Notes: generated by a model from the sequence alone, not told the origin. A DNA stretch of 64,000 bases from Moniliella sp. 'wahieum' (GCA_003971905.1 RSEE01000168.1:1-64000), one strand, 5' to 3'; numbered from the stretch's first letter, positions 11,147 through 25,200 are shown. Made by a program: numbers and translations.

Positions 11147-14100
11147 ATGTGCAGGGGGTGATGGAGGGGGGGGGTGAAAGGGGTTGGCTGGGATATGGAA
11201 CCACGTCACCGTCTGCCGCCTCTTTTATTTGTACTTGTGAAGCCGCAGCGTTGGGGCGGAGTAACTAGGAACTCGTAACCATCAGTAAGGCTAAGGACGA
11301 GCGTGCGTGTGGTGCAGCAGGCACCAAAGCACAGAGAGATGGATCGTGCTTGTGATCGGCGGGCTATACCGTGACGGATATCGGATCGCCCGTTTCGAGG
11401 GGATTGTTATAGCCAAGTGTAGCCATCGGGGCGCGGCGGGCAGGGGGGCAGTGTTGGTGGGTGTGCGGGGGGCGTGCGGTGTGGTGCTGGGCGTGGCTGG
11501 CGTTCCTCGCAGGGGTAAAACATCCGACTGCCGAAAGCCCCGGGCCGCAGCGGCGGCGATTGGCGATTTGCGGCGGCACAGGACGGCACAGGGCGGCACA
11601 TCGGCGGCACCCAGCGCCCGGTGCGGGGCCAGCCAGATGTGCCCCGGGCCAGCTCAGATCTCAGAGTGCTCAGGTGCCGAGGCGATCCGGCCTCAGGCGC
11701 CCGGGCCAGCTCGCGCCGCCACTCAATGCGGGGCCCCAATCGAAGGACCTGTCTCACCTGCACCCCGCACCACAGCACTTTCGCCACGCAGGGTTCTGGC
11801 CCCCGCCACCGCCATTCCGCAACCACGGGCGTCCCCAGCCGCCCCAGGCTATCCCGTGGCGCCATGTCCCCGATTACCCGGCCATTGTACTTGATCGCTA
11901 CAGTGACTAGCCTCTCCCCCTGGTCTCTCCAGGTTTCTCCGGTTAATCCTTCCTACTACATGATATACGAGGCTTATTCGCGAGCTTCAAGTGGCTTCAC
12001 GCTTCAAGGACCACAGCCAACGAAAGCACTTGGACAGTAATCGCCAATCACTAGCACTAGTCAAGCTAGTCGCCCTAAAAAAGTCACGATAGCAACTATA
12101 GTCAAGTATTCACTGGCCATACGGCAGAACCCCATGCAATACGCGCAGCCGCGGTGCAAAGCGGGCGACAAAAGTGCTGCTGAGATGCGTGCCTGTGTGC
12201 CTCATAAGGCCCCTGTGAGACTCGACAGGACCCGACCCTCGAAACAATGTGAGAGACCGGCTCTGGCTCAGAGGGAAGAAGCCGCAGGGCACGAGATGAG
12301 TTAGGCCGAAAATGCCGTATCGTGTGAGCGTCTGTGCGAACCCACTGCTGCAGCCTCTCTGAGTTTCTCTTTGCCACTTATATGCATCCCCATGCTCTAC
12401 ATACATGCCCCACACACTTTCGCATCATGCCATCACGGCGATAGTTGAGAGACAATGCCCCCCCCCTTTTCCGTCCGTGGGGCGTGCGGGGGTGCCACGA
12501 TGCCAACAATTAAAGTTGGGGAACTCGATGAAGAACAATTTGGTCAATTATTTTAAAACTGACCCCAGAACCCTCACAGGCCTGAGCCTCAGGTCCCTGC
12601 TTGATCACTTAATCCTGATACTGTGGGGTATAGGAACACATTTTTAGGTACCAAAGAGGAGATACTTTCGCAGCAGAGAGAAGCATTTCTCCTCCCAACG
12701 TACTGTGTTTGCGAAGAGGGTCCAACGTGTTCGGCGTTGAACGTTGACCGGTTGACCGTTGCACGTTTTTTAAAGCTTGAAGCTTGAAGGGGGCTTTTGT
12801 CGTCTCTCAAGTGTCGGGTGCCTCTCAAATGCTGTGTCATCGATCATCGATCTACGGCATATATCCAGACTAAGATCTAAAAAGGGGGCAACCCCGGAGC
12901 ACTATGGATCGATCAAAGGTGTGGCACTAGTGTGTGCCGCAGAACAGGGCACTCCGACGAGCAAAGTCTACGGGAAGAGAGGTGGCCATCAGTCGATCGG
13001 TCACAAAGAGCGGGAACGAGGTTACCGGTTATGAGTGAAGCTTGAAGAGAGCAGAGCAGAGGTGTGGTGTGGAGAGACAGGAGACTCACTACAGAGATGG
13101 AGGACATGCAAGGCGGGCGGGCGCGCAGCGCGAGCAGTATGGCATGAACTGGCGTTGTGCACCAGAGCCATGGTACCAGCTTACTAGGCAGCCGCTATCC
13201 CCCCGCATCACAACGTTAGCATCATCAGAAACGTTTTCTGTGGATATGTTGATACCACCACAGAGTATATTTAAGTCACTACAGCAAGCACCGATCATCA
13301 TGATGCGGCTCAACTGGGCTGGCGGACGAACCCTTGGGGCATAAAGAAATCGGGGAGAAGTCATTGTCGGAGCTGCTCTGGTGATAGAATATCCATGGAG
13401 AGAGTCTCGCGCTTTCTTTTCTGTGGGTACGCAAATCATGGTGTTGGCTTTGGATCTCAGGAGTGCATTTATCTTTCTCATAGATTCATCTCGGCATCTC
13501 ATCTGCTGTATAAAGTGTGTCGGTCATGTAACGTAATTGAGCAAGTGCCTGAAAGGATGAGAGCACAAGCTCACAGACCGAATGTATGCTCTGTACTATT
13601 TCGCCAGTTTCTCTATATGTTAACATCCCGCCATTCTTTTCTTCGTCCTCTGCCATCGCAACAGCTAACATTAAACTGGGATGTCGCCTTAGCTCAAGGC
13701 CAAATACATCAGTCGTTGCCGTCGGGCGCATAGACGACATCCTTGATGATACAGCACGAAAAGCAGACGATGCCCCCCAATATGCTGGACCTCACCCTAA
13801 CTCCGTTCAGATGTATTACCAAAGGTATTTACCCTCTCTATAAAACCTTGAGTACTAGTAGACTCTCCTCCATAAGATTGCGGTGTGTCAATCGCGCTTC
13901 GACGTTTCCGAATTATCCGCGCAAAGTACAGACCATGATGAAGTCACCAGCTCTGCTCCCACGTCCTCAGCCGCGTGCATGGAATGTGGTGGACGACCCC
14001 CCAATGACTACCGGTTACCGCGGTTATCGAGGCTATCAGTCATAATACCCATCTCGTTACCCGCCTGACCGGCCTGTTGGCCGTCGGTGACCGGCGTGAC

Positions 14101-15123
14101 AGAAGCTGGGACGTAGCAGGCCGCAGCTCCGATCCTGGTAAGCTACTAGCAGTGAGAGTAGGAATGAATACTAGGTTCAGAGATCTGATTATAGCCCTTA
14201 GCTCTGTATGGCTTGTTTCCCCGTCAGCTCACCGGACTCACCAGAACATCACATGCCCACGCTGAGAGTAACCCCTACCGTCACACCCAGCAGCGCAGCA
14301 CGCGCAGTACTCTCGTTGGCCCCATTCTCTGGCACACGATAGGATCGATGAGATATCTTCGCGAGTGCACGGATTACACTGATAGTTATACGTGGGAGCA
14401 CCGTGATCAGGTGAGCACAACTCCCCATGGAAAGAATGAGCCTATTGAATTGATGAGATGCCATGGTGGACTGCGGTCGAAGGGATATACCAACGTTCAA
14501 CCCGAGTTCGGGGGTGGACAGAGGATTCAAGTGGCAGCAGTGCAGGCCGACATGGAATGAACACACGAAGGGAGAAACGAGCACAACACGCAAGCGCAGG
14601 GGCAAGGTCCAAGGGTTAACTCATACAGTCCTCAATCCTTTTGAGATTCGGGTTACGATTAGTCGATCATCCGATCAGGCGCACTGGACCTCCTTGATCT
14701 CATTTGCTGAGCATACGAGCACTCAGCCTCAGCGCACTGCTCACTGACCCTCGGTACTCAGGGTACTCAAGCTGAGTATGAGCAGCTCTCTCGTCGGCCT
14801 GACCACAGCCGAAACCGAGCCGGGGTCACCCATGGAGTCATCGGCCGGTGCCATTTCCTGTCAAAGAAAGCGGAACGTGGCAGTCACGTGGCGGTGCTCA
14901 GCGATGGATGGTGGGTGATCGCCTGGAGTCTCAATGTATGCGCGAGGCGGCGGGTGGCCGCCGAGACACTGGCGCTGTGCCGGGCGGGGTGGGGTGTGAG
15001 ACAGCCGGGCGGCCACGTGCATAACCTCAGACGAACTTCCCCACCGCCGTCGTCCCACCCCCACCACCTCCTCCGCCCCGCCGCCCGCCGCCCGCCGCCC
15101 GCCCCTCGCCCCTCGCCCTCCCG

Positions 15124-18100
15124 ATGCCCGCGGGCACTGGCGAGCACCAGCCGCGCCGGCAGACGGCCAAGGCGGGACTGGCGCGCACTGCCAAGTACAT
15201 TTTCCATCCCGCCGCCGCCGCCCGCGCGAGCCTCCGACCCCACCTCGACGCCCCACCGCGGCGGCCTCCCCCGCCCACGCCACTCCTTCCCCCCCACCCG
15301 GCCCGGGCTGCAGCGCGCCCTGACCGCACCCTCCCTTGCGCAGCAACACCTTCCGCCCGTCTCCATTTCGGCGGATGTGGCTGACCCGTTGGACACCGCA
15401 ATGGTCGCGATGCCCACCCCACCCATGTCCGAGTCGGACGAAGACGCCGACTCGGACGCAGAGGGTGAATCGAGCGAAGCGGGGTACACAGCAAGGAGTG
15501 CAACCGAAGTTGGGAAACGTGCACGTACCCGCTTGGTTTCGCTTCAGGCAGCGCCAGCCTCGCGCTTGGGTGCCCCCTCGTCCGAACCCGAGGATACGGC
15601 GTGGACATCGGACGACATGGAATGCGATAGCGCTGACGCGGGAGACGAAGGTGTGCTCTCTGAATCGGATGCGGCAGAGCTTCCGTACCATTTGCTCGCA
15701 CGACCCATGATGCCCTCTCATTCGGTCCGGTCAGCTGCTGGAGCGTGGGCAGACTGGATTGTCGAGGAGCAGGCCGCTGCCAGCCGCTCGGATTCTCCTC
15801 GTCGGTCCGAGGCGTGCGCAACTTGACCCTCACCTGGAATGACATCCTCTCTCTCGCAGAGGCCTGCCCGTACCTCGCAATCCTCCCTGGCCCACCCTGT
15901 ACTGGATTACGTTTCGGGCGACGCTACAGATGCCCTGACAGACGTGGAATCTGACTCGGACCAGGAACCCGACGAGTACCGGACGACTGAAGACCTAATG
16001 ACCCCCAGGGGAAGGCAACCGCTCCGTCCGTTGCCCTCTTTACCGCCGTCGGGGAATTGCGGCCTCCCCTTCCCGGCATGGCCATTCCCACTCCTCAAGT
16101 CAAGGGAAAGATGCATCCTCTTCACCCACACGTCTCCGAGGGGTAGGAACAGGCATGCGCACTCTGGGTAGAGAAGTTGGCACGTTTCCGCTCAAGATGG
16201 GTCGAGGGATCACAAAGTGGTCCACTCGTTCCTCGAGAGGTCTTTCCGGCTCATTGATGCCCACGGATGCGCTGACGACCGAGTCGGAGCCCGAGCGTGC
16301 CACCCAACCCCCCAGACGGCGCCACAAGAACCCTGCCCACCTGTTCCGGCGCACGGACGACATGCCGCTCGAAGCCAGCCGGACCACCAAGATTGGCAAG
16401 GTGGCACGGTACGCTGTTCCCGCCGTGCCTCGCATGCGGATGCGACGTCCTCCCGAAGGAGGGGTGCCAATGCGGCACTCGCTCTCGGTGCGTTCGGTGC
16501 ATTCGGTTCACACGCTGCGCTCCCACCCCCGTCGGGCATCCCAGTCGACGTCCACGTTGATTGGCGGTCCCTCGCAGCGCAAACGTTTGTCGATGCAAAA
16601 GCGGCGGAGCAGACACGCCGCCGCCCGGAGGGTCTTGGCGACTGGCACTGCTATGAGCAAAGGAACGACTCGTACCGTGCATGCGGCCGCGTCGGCTACC
16701 AGTACCGCTGCCCTCGCTGCTTCTGCCCCCCTGGGTCGGCGACGAACGCGTAAAGACCACCCCACCGGCGGCGCAGGCGACGGGATCGCCAGTTCGCCTT
16801 CCAACAGGACCTGGGCAAGACGGTGGTGGGCGTGGTGATGCTCGAGGTGGTGGGGGCAAGTGATCTACCCAAGTACCGCAACAGTATGTCCTTTCCTTTT
16901 CATCTTTGATATCTTTGCCTTGCTGACTTGGGACTGCTAGTGGCGCGTACCGGCTGGGACATGGACCCGTTTGCGATCATCTCGTTCGGACGCAAAGTAT
17001 TCCGGACGAGGGTGGTGCGACACTCGTTGAATCCGGTGTGGAACGAGAAGATCCTGTTCCAAGTACGGAGATACGAAACGGCGTTCCGTACCACGGTGGC
17101 TGTGTATGACTGGGACCGACTGTCAACACATGACTTTGTGGGCCAAACGTATGTTCCTGTAATGCAACTGATCGATGCGGCCCCAAGCCCGGACCTGATG
17201 GACTAACGCGCATGTGGTCGGAGAGGGCAAGGAGCCAGCAGAGAACGATGTGACGCACGTATCAGATTGGACCTCGTTCGAGCTTCCGCTACTCCCTCGC
17301 ACCGACAAGTCGACGCACAGTGCCCCAGTAACCGATGCTACCGTACCACTGAGTATGACACCCGTCGCCTCCCCATCGCCTCCTCCCGTGGTCCATGACA
17401 GGGGGGGCAAGCGAAGGTCCAAACTGCTTCACGTCAATCGCAGTCTCCCGCCGTCCGCCCCGTCCACACTGGCAGCTACGCCCAATAAAGGCCTGTCTTC
17501 CCCCCAAGGGACGCCGCCTGCCTTCACCCCGCCCACACGGCCGGGCTGGGCGAAACGCCGGAGGGGTCCCGGGACAAAACGCCCATCCTCCGGCTCCGAG
17601 CCAAGTTTACCCCGTATGCGCTGCTGCGGCAAACGTTCTGGATGCACGTGTTGCAGCAGTACGATCCGCAGCACCGTGGTGGGGTGATGCTAGAGGACAT
17701 GTGTGCGCTCTTATCAAGTCTGGGCTCGACACTGTCTCCCCACACTGTGCAAGGTTGGTTTGATGAGTACAGTCCTGCCGCTCCCGTGGAGATCCTCCCA
17801 TACGGCGCAGCGATCCTTGCGCTGGAGCGAGAGATTCAGCGGCCCTGGACGCAAAAGCGGCCGGTACATGAGTGGTTGTGGACCACCTCGGTGTGGAGCC
17901 AGAGGAGGTGGAGGAAGTTGATCTGGAGATTGAAACTGGATTGGAAGGTTTCTCCAGCACAGCCAGTGCCGACGACCCCTTGGCTCCTCCTCGTGAGCAC
18001 GGCCACGCGCATCCTATCGCCCGACCCACTCCATTGCACCCACGGTCATGGCAGAATCCGGAGACTCAGGGTTCAATTTCCCCTTCTCCCTCTCCGCCAC

Positions 18101-19529
18101 CGCCGAACCCCAGTTCACGGGAGAACAGTGTACCCTCCCCTCTGCCCACTGAGTCAAACATAACACCCGCATCGAATCACCTTTTTGCCCATCCGTCTGC
18201 TTCGCTACCCAGCCGGACCATCTCGCCCCTTGCCGAGGAGCCGATGCGGCGGAGCAGGTGGTGGTCAAGGAACAAGTCATTCGTCTTTCGCGCTGCCCAC
18301 TCTGTGGTCGTGCCAGGCTGGCCCGCAAAGGCGAAGTGGACATTGTTACTCACTTGGCCGTCTGCGCGTCGCGCGATTGGGCCGCGCTCGATAAGATGGT
18401 GACCAAGGAGTTTGTTACGGCCCATCAAGCTCAGCGCAAGTGGTACTTTAAGATGGTGCGCAAGTTGGGCCAAGGATCCTATGCCCTTGGCGCCAACTCG
18501 GCCAACATTATTGTTCAGGATCGAGCGACGGGAGAGATGCAAGAAGAGGCTGCCAAGGCCTATGTCTTTATCGGCATCCGTGCCCTTTATAAGGGCGCGA
18601 GACTACACGTCGAGGGAGCACGAGTAAGAAAGATGCTGCGCAACATGACACTCAAACAGGGTGCCAAGTTTGATGATCCCGCCTCTGTACGGGAGATTGC
18701 TCCGTTTGTCGCGTTCCACAAGTTAAATCTCGAGGAGATCTTGCTCCCGTTGGATCAATACAAAACGTTCAATGAGTTCTTTTACCGCAAACTTAAGCCC
18801 GATGCCCGCCCCATCGAGGAACCCAACAACGAGTGGCGCCTCGTCTCGGCCGCCGACTGCCGCCTGACCGTCTTTGCCTCGGTCCAAGAGGCGACACGGG
18901 TCTGGATTAAAGGTCAAGGGTTCAACCTCCGCAATCTCTTGCGTGGTGCCCCCGGGGCGAGCGCAGTCGAACGCTTCGAGGGCGGACCGATGTGCATCTT
19001 CCGTCTGGCACCGCAAGATTACCATCGCTTCCATCTCCCTGTTTCAGGCCGTGTGGTGTGCATCACCCACACCCCCGGCGAGTACTTTACCGTCAATCCC
19101 CAAGCGGTTCGATCCAAGCTTGATATCTTTGGCTTGAACCGTCGCGCTGTCGTGGAGCTCGACACGCCCGCATTTGGAAAAGTTTTCCTTGTAGCTATTG
19201 GTGCGACGATGGTGGGATCCATCCTGTTTACCTGCGTTGAGGGGCAGATGGTCGAGCGAGGAGACGAGCTGGGCTACTTTGCCTTTGGCGGTAGCACGCT
19301 CGTCTGTCTCTTTGAGCCGGGACGGTGTGTGTTTGATGAAGACTTGCTCACCAACTCGCGCGCAGCCATCGAGACGCTCGTCAAGGTGGGTAATGGCATT
19401 GGCCGCGGTACCCCGGAACACCGCACGCCTACGCCGCTCTCTACCAATCCCTCCCGTGGCCCGAGCAGGGTGGCCACCCCGAATCCGCATCCGCCCGCAC
19501 ACGCCCAACCGGCTGGAACCCCTTTCTAG
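15124..19529 (+). CDS. PSD2: Phosphatidylserine decarboxylase 2 (C2 domain, EF-hand-like region, PSD domain)
   Basis: C2 segment DMDPFAIISFGRKVFRTRVVRHSLNPVWNE; TFNEFFYRKLKP, SAADCR, FRLAPQDYHRFH and the GGST autocleavage motif at 19287-19298. Start uncertain (15124, 15401 or 15425); the N-terminal low-complexity region is frameshifted. Confidence 0.92.
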
Positions 19530-19781
19530 CCAAGTTTCTCACCCGCGCGACTCACGAAGCCTGTCCCCCTCCCCCCCCGGCCCCAACGCTGGCCAACGCC
19601 CTCCCGTCACCTTCCGTACACGGACCTAGTTCAACCTGCCCAACTTCCAAGGACTGCTCTCTCTCTTTTGCATTTTTTCACACTCCCCGTCCCCGCATGC
19701 TCACTGGGCTGCTCTAATTCAACTTCATCCTTTATCGCAGATCGCAGACAAGATAGCCATAGATGCAGAGAAACAAATTCC

Positions 19782-19989
19782 TTAGTCGACCTCATTGACC
19801 TTAGCCGCAGCGGGCGTCTCCTCGGCGGGCGCCTCCTTGGCAGGCTCCTCGGCAGGCTCCTCGGCGTCCGAGTCTTCGGCGTCGCCGCCGAGGTCGGGCA
19901 TGCCCTCGGCCCCACCCATGTTCTTGAGAAGCTCTTGGATGTCCATCCCACCCAGACCTTGGTCGCCGCCGCCCATGCCGCCCAAGCCA

Positions 19990-20024
<35 letters not shown>

Positions 20025-20552
20025 ACCCATCATAGAGGCCATGTCCACTATCAAGTTGAGTCAGCACAATCATCTTCGCCCGAAAGGAACAGGGGGAGGG
20101 GGATAATGAGGGCAACGTACTGCCAGGGGGCATGCCCGCCGTCGGGTCTTCCTGCTCCTCGTCTTGCTCATCCTCGTCCACCCACTTGTCAAAGTCGGTC
20201 TTAACGTTGTGGAGGCGAACCTTGTCCTTGGTCAGACGGGGCCAGAACTCTTCTTGGCCTCCTTCTTGCGGAGCACAGCAAACAAGCTCTTGGCACTGAG
20301 GTGCACCTTGCTAGCCTCCACATCGATAGGCGCAAAGAAGGCAAGAGAAAATGCATAGTGCTTCTCATCCACACCTTGTGCCGCCGGCACGTCCGCCTTG
20401 AACTCGAAACCCTCCGGGGTGAGGGTGAAGCTGGTGCCGGCCTGCAGCGGCGGCAGGTTGGGAGCGTTGATCGTGAGGTACACCACGTTCTTCTCCGCCT
20501 CGTCGGCCGAGGAGCGCTGGGCCCAAAGAATCTCCGGAGCGACAGTAGACAT
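19782..20552 (-). CDS. SBA1: Hsp90 co-chaperone p23 (Sba1/Wos2)
   Basis: PEILWAQRS..KNVVYLTI CS domain, WPRLTKDKVR..VKTDFDKWVDEDEQ, one intron (~20060-20120), GGM-repeat acidic tail. Confidence 0.92.
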
Positions 20553-20722
20553 GGCAGCGAGTGGTGGTGGTGGTGGTGGCTAGAAACGGAACCCTGGGGT
20601 TGGTGGGGAAGAAGGCAGCAAGAGGCCTAGAAGAACACATTGGCCCAAGCGAGGCCTCGCAACCCCAACACTGCCCTAGTGCGGAAGGAAGCGCCTAGAA
20701 CGCGCTTGTTTTGAAACGAACA

Positions 20723-21136
20723 GATCAGTCTGTGGCACGGCGGGCCTGTAGGGTTGGGTGCGGCGAGTATATTCTAGCGGGTCCTATCGTCGTATCGGCT
20801 GCGCCAGAGATGAGCTCGTCCTGCGTCCTCGGTATCAGGGTTGGAGGCGACCAGCTAGCTGCTCGTGGATCTGTTTCTGCAGCTCAGCGATAGTGTCAGC
20901 CTCCTTTTCCAGCTCAGTGTCACCAGAAGACTGGGTGGGAACACTCCCCTACCCCAGGGCTCTGGCGGCGCCGACGAGTGCAGCCGCCAGTCGAGCTTTA
21001 ACTCCACCAGGCCGCACAGGAAGGCAGTGCTGAGAGGCGCCTCCCCGATGTTCTTGAGCGACAGGGGGAAGTTGGCTGATGTATTGACGCAGCCGCGCGC
21101 GTGGCGCCAACAGGTTGTGTGTGAGGAGTCGCACAT
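20723..21136 (-). pseudogene. TRM112: Trm112-like methyltransferase activator gene, degenerate or error-ridden
   Basis: Reading across indels gives M(V)RLLTHNLLA(C)HARGCVNTSANFPLSLKN...LKLDW(A)ALVGAARALG, which resembles Trm112. The C-terminal half is poorly recognisable and the 3' end is uncertain. Confidence 0.6.
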
Positions 21137-22210
21137 TGCTCCCCGCTAAGGTGTGTGGTCCTTCATATTGAGCACAGCAAGCGGAATGCAGTTTTGCGGG
21201 GCCGGGGCTGGGCTCCCGCGGTGACGCACGTGATGCTGCCCAAGCCTGAGGCTCAGGGGTCAGCCTGACCATCCATCCATTCCGCACGTTGGCTTGCGAC
21301 AGATTTGCTCCCCTATGGCCACCAACCGCAGACGCGCGGAAAAGAGAGTCAATTGAGTCGGCCTCCGCGTTTTGAGGGGGTTGGCCCCAGGTGTCAGTAT
21401 GACACGAAGCGCAGGCCCAGTTCTGAGGAAGGCGCGAGAGGGAAAGTCATGTTAGTCATGCCTCTTCAGTGCAGCAAGCGTTTACCAAGAAAGATGCCAA
21501 AGCTGCGCTGATCGATGCGACATGAGCATTTGTTGAACGTCACCGAAAACTTGATGAATTCGGTGAATACGAGGCGCATAAGGACGATGCCAACTTGGGT
21601 GGAACTCAGAGACTCTCACTTGATGACAGTTGTCCATACACAGTACTGATCAGACCAGCCAGCCTTCGAGCTTAATCGCTGGATCGGTGCGCATTGGCCA
21701 GGTGGCGATCCAATTGTGTTTGCATAGCCAAACTGTGTATATTAGTACTTTGTGGCATAGACATGGTGCCTAAATTCATGAATTTTCCTCGTTCTTTCTT
21801 TCTTTGCCGCGCATTCCCGGCCTTCCTGCTTGCCTAGCTGCCTGCTTTCTCCCTTCATGTGGGCCCCCAACCTGGATTGATCGATCACCGACACAAGCGA
21901 AAGGGCACCGGCGTCGCGGCCGTCGGGTTCGTCTGTGAGTATGTTGGCGGGGCCACCGTTGAAACAAAAACAGCCGGTGGTGGTTGGATGGAAAATGGTG
22001 GAGACGCATGTTAGGGTTTCTGCACAGCGCCTGTCTCGGGTGGCTTAGGCATGGCGCCTGTGTAGCTAATTTCCCGGCGCCGGCGGTGACGCGGTGACGA
22101 GACCCGGCCGATCCGGCTCGGTGGTTACGGAGGTCTTGCCAGCACTACCTCCACCACCACCACCACCACTACCCCTCTTCGCCACCACTACTGCTCTTCT
22201 CCCCTGCACG

Positions 22211-25200
22211 ATGGACACGCTCCTCGACTTTAGTCGGGAGCTCGACGTTGGCGCCCTCGACCAGGTCGCTGCGCTCATGTACACGGGCACGGGTGCCGAC
22301 AGAAGCAAGCGCAGGACTTGCTACGCCAGTTTCAGGACCACCCCGACGCCTGGCAACGCGTGCCCACCATCATCACCGCCAGCTCTCGGAACGAAAGCAA
22401 GTACAATCGCCCTCCGATCCTCGACAAACTGATCAGTACCCGCTGGAAGACCATCCCGCCCGAGCAGCAACAGGCATTCGCAACTTTGTCGTCCAGACCA
22501 CAATTGAGCAGTCGTCGGACGAAGTCAACCTCCGTCGCGAACGCGTCTACATCAACAAGCTCAACACCACCCTTGTCGAGGTACGTTGTACCCCGTGTGC
22601 CCTCTTCTCGCGCGCTCACTGACCTTCCCCCGCCCCTTCCCTCAGATCCTCAAGCAGGAGTGGCCCCAGGGCTGGCCCAACTTCATCCCGGAAATTGTTG
22701 CTTCGAGCAAGACGTCGTTGCCGATCTGCGAAAACAACATGCACATCCTCCGTCTTCTGTCTGAGGAGATCTTTGACTTTAGCGCCGGGCGATGACCTCG
22801 GTCAAGGCCCAAGCTCTGAAGGAGCAGATGGTGTCGGAATTCTCTGAGGTCTTCCGTCTCTGCTCAGAGGTCCTGGAGAAGCACAGAAGCCCTCTCTGAT
22901 CAAGGCTCGCTCGACACCACCCCTGCGCTTCATTACCTGGGTCCCGCTTGGTTTCATCTTTGAAACGACGTTCATGGACACCTTCTGAGCCGCGTACGTT
23001 TGATTCCTTGTGACGCGTGCGTATCGTATTAACCTGTCTGCAGTTCCTTGAGCACCCCCTACCGCAACGTGACACTCAAGTGTCTGTCGGAGATTACGCT
23101 GGTCAGTCTGCCGGATTATGACCATCTGTTGATTCTCTTCCAACTGTCCATGTCTGCCATCAACCGGATGCTTCCTCCGTCTGTGGATATTGCCAAGGGC
23201 TACGAGGATGGTTCGGACGAGGACCAAGCTGATTAACAACCTTGCCATTTCATCTCGACTTTCCTTACCCCCATCTCAAGCTTATCGAGACGGACGATCA
23301 CCGCGCTCTGCTCCAGAATGCGCATATGTACCTCATCAAGATCGCGATGGTGCCCGAGAGGAAATCTTCAAGATCTGTCTCGAATCTTTAGCAAGTTGAC
23401 CCAAGAATTTTACGAGGAGATGCAAAAGATGCCCGTGTCCAACCCAATCTTGGGTCTCAACTTGGGGGGTGCCTTTGGCGGAACCAGTCCGAAGCGGCGG
23501 CACTGGTGGCGATGCGCAAGACGATGTATGCCGACATTCTGTCCAATCTGCGGATGTGATGATTGAGCGCATGGTGAAGCCGGAGGAGGTGCTGATTGTA
23601 GAGAATGACGAGGGGAGATTGTGCGCGAAGTGTTGAAAGAGTCGGATGCGATGGTTATGTACAGAGCATGCGCAGTGTGCTTGTCTACCTCACCCACCTC
23701 GACCCGTCGACACGGAAAACCATGACCGACAAGCTGACACGCCAGGTGGATGGATCCGAGTGGGGATGGAACCCGCTCAATACACTTTGTTGGGCGATCG
23801 GATCGATTTCGGGGGCCATGTCGGAAGACTCGGAACGCCGGTTCCTCGTGACGGTGATCCGGGACTTGCTGACGCTGTGCGAGGCAAAGAAGGGCAAGGA
23901 CAACAAGGCGGTCGTCGCGTCCAACATCATGTACATTGTTGGGCAGTATCCCCGTTTCTTGCGGGCGCATTGGAAGTTCCTCAAGACAGTGGTCAACAAG
24001 AACTTTGAGTTTATGCACGAAACTCACGAGGGCGTGCAAGATATGGCGTGTGACACGTTCCTCAAGATTGCACAAAAGTGCCGGAGACACTTTATCATCC
24101 AACAGGCCGGCGAGGCCGAGCCGTTTGTCGATGAGATCCTTCGTTCGCTCCACTTTACCACCAACGACCTGAGCCCGTCCCAGGTGCACACGTTCTACGA
24201 GGCGGTCGGGTTCATGATTTCGGCCCAGACGGATCAAGACCAGCAGGAGCGGCTGATTGCCAAACTGATGGAGTTGCCCAATTCGGCGTGGAGCAATGTA
24301 CTGGAACAAGCACGAGCCAACGTTGATGTCTTTAGCTCCCCGGAGAACATTAAAGTTCTGGCCAATGTGCTCAAAACCAACGTGGCCGCCTGCACTTCCA
24401 TTGGAGCTGCTTTCCTCCCGCAGCTGGGCAAGATCTACCTCGACATGCTCGAGCTGTACAAGAGCGTCAGCACCATTATCTCCGCCAAGGTTGAGGCCGA
24501 AGGTTTGATTGCGACCAAGACGCCCATGGTGCGTGGTTTGCGGACGATCAAGAAGGAGATCTTGCGGCTGGTCGAGACGTATGTGGCGCGAGCGACCGAC
24601 TTGGAGTATATATCGAGCTCGATGATCCCTACGCTACTCGAGGCAGTCCTGGGCGACTATGCCAACAATGTACCGGACGCGCGGGATGCCGAGGTGCTCA
24701 ACGTGATGGCGGCCATCACCAACAAATTGGGTGCGCTACTCTTGCCCCAGATCCAACCGACGATCGACGCCGTGTTTGAACCTACGCTAGCGATGATCTC
24801 GCTGGATTTCAGTGAGTTCCCCGAGCACCGTGTTGGTTTCTTCCGCTTGCTGCGGGCCATCACAGAGAACTGCTTTGAGGCGCTGCTCACTCTGCCGCCC
24901 GAGAAGTTCCGGCTTACGATGGACAGCATCATCTGGGCCATCAAGCACACGATGCGCGACATTGCCGACCAAGGCTTGTTCATCATGTTGGAGCTGCTGG
25001 ACAAGATCCGGTTGGCGGACGCGTCGGTGGCCCAAGCGTTTTACCAGACCTACCTCCTGGCCGTCTTGCGCGACGTGTTTGCCGTCCTGACCGACTCGGA
25101 CCACAAGTCGGGCTTTGGTGGACAATCGATGTTGCTGGCCAAGCTGTTTGAGCTGGTGGGTACAGGTGCTGTGCTTGCGCCGCTGGGACCCGAGGTCGAG

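Noticed and set aside
12100..14800. Many 60-140 aa ORFs in the long divergent intergenic region
   Set aside because: No family motifs and no supporting intron structure; treated as non-coding.
14861..15845. Long antisense/alternative-frame ORFs here and opposite CRM1, PEX14, ARPC2 and PFK2
   Set aside because: Expected shadows of GC-rich coding sequence with few stop codons.
19971..20032. GGM repeats in p23 as a novel element
   Set aside because: Gly/Met-rich tails are commonplace in fungal p23 and other chaperones.
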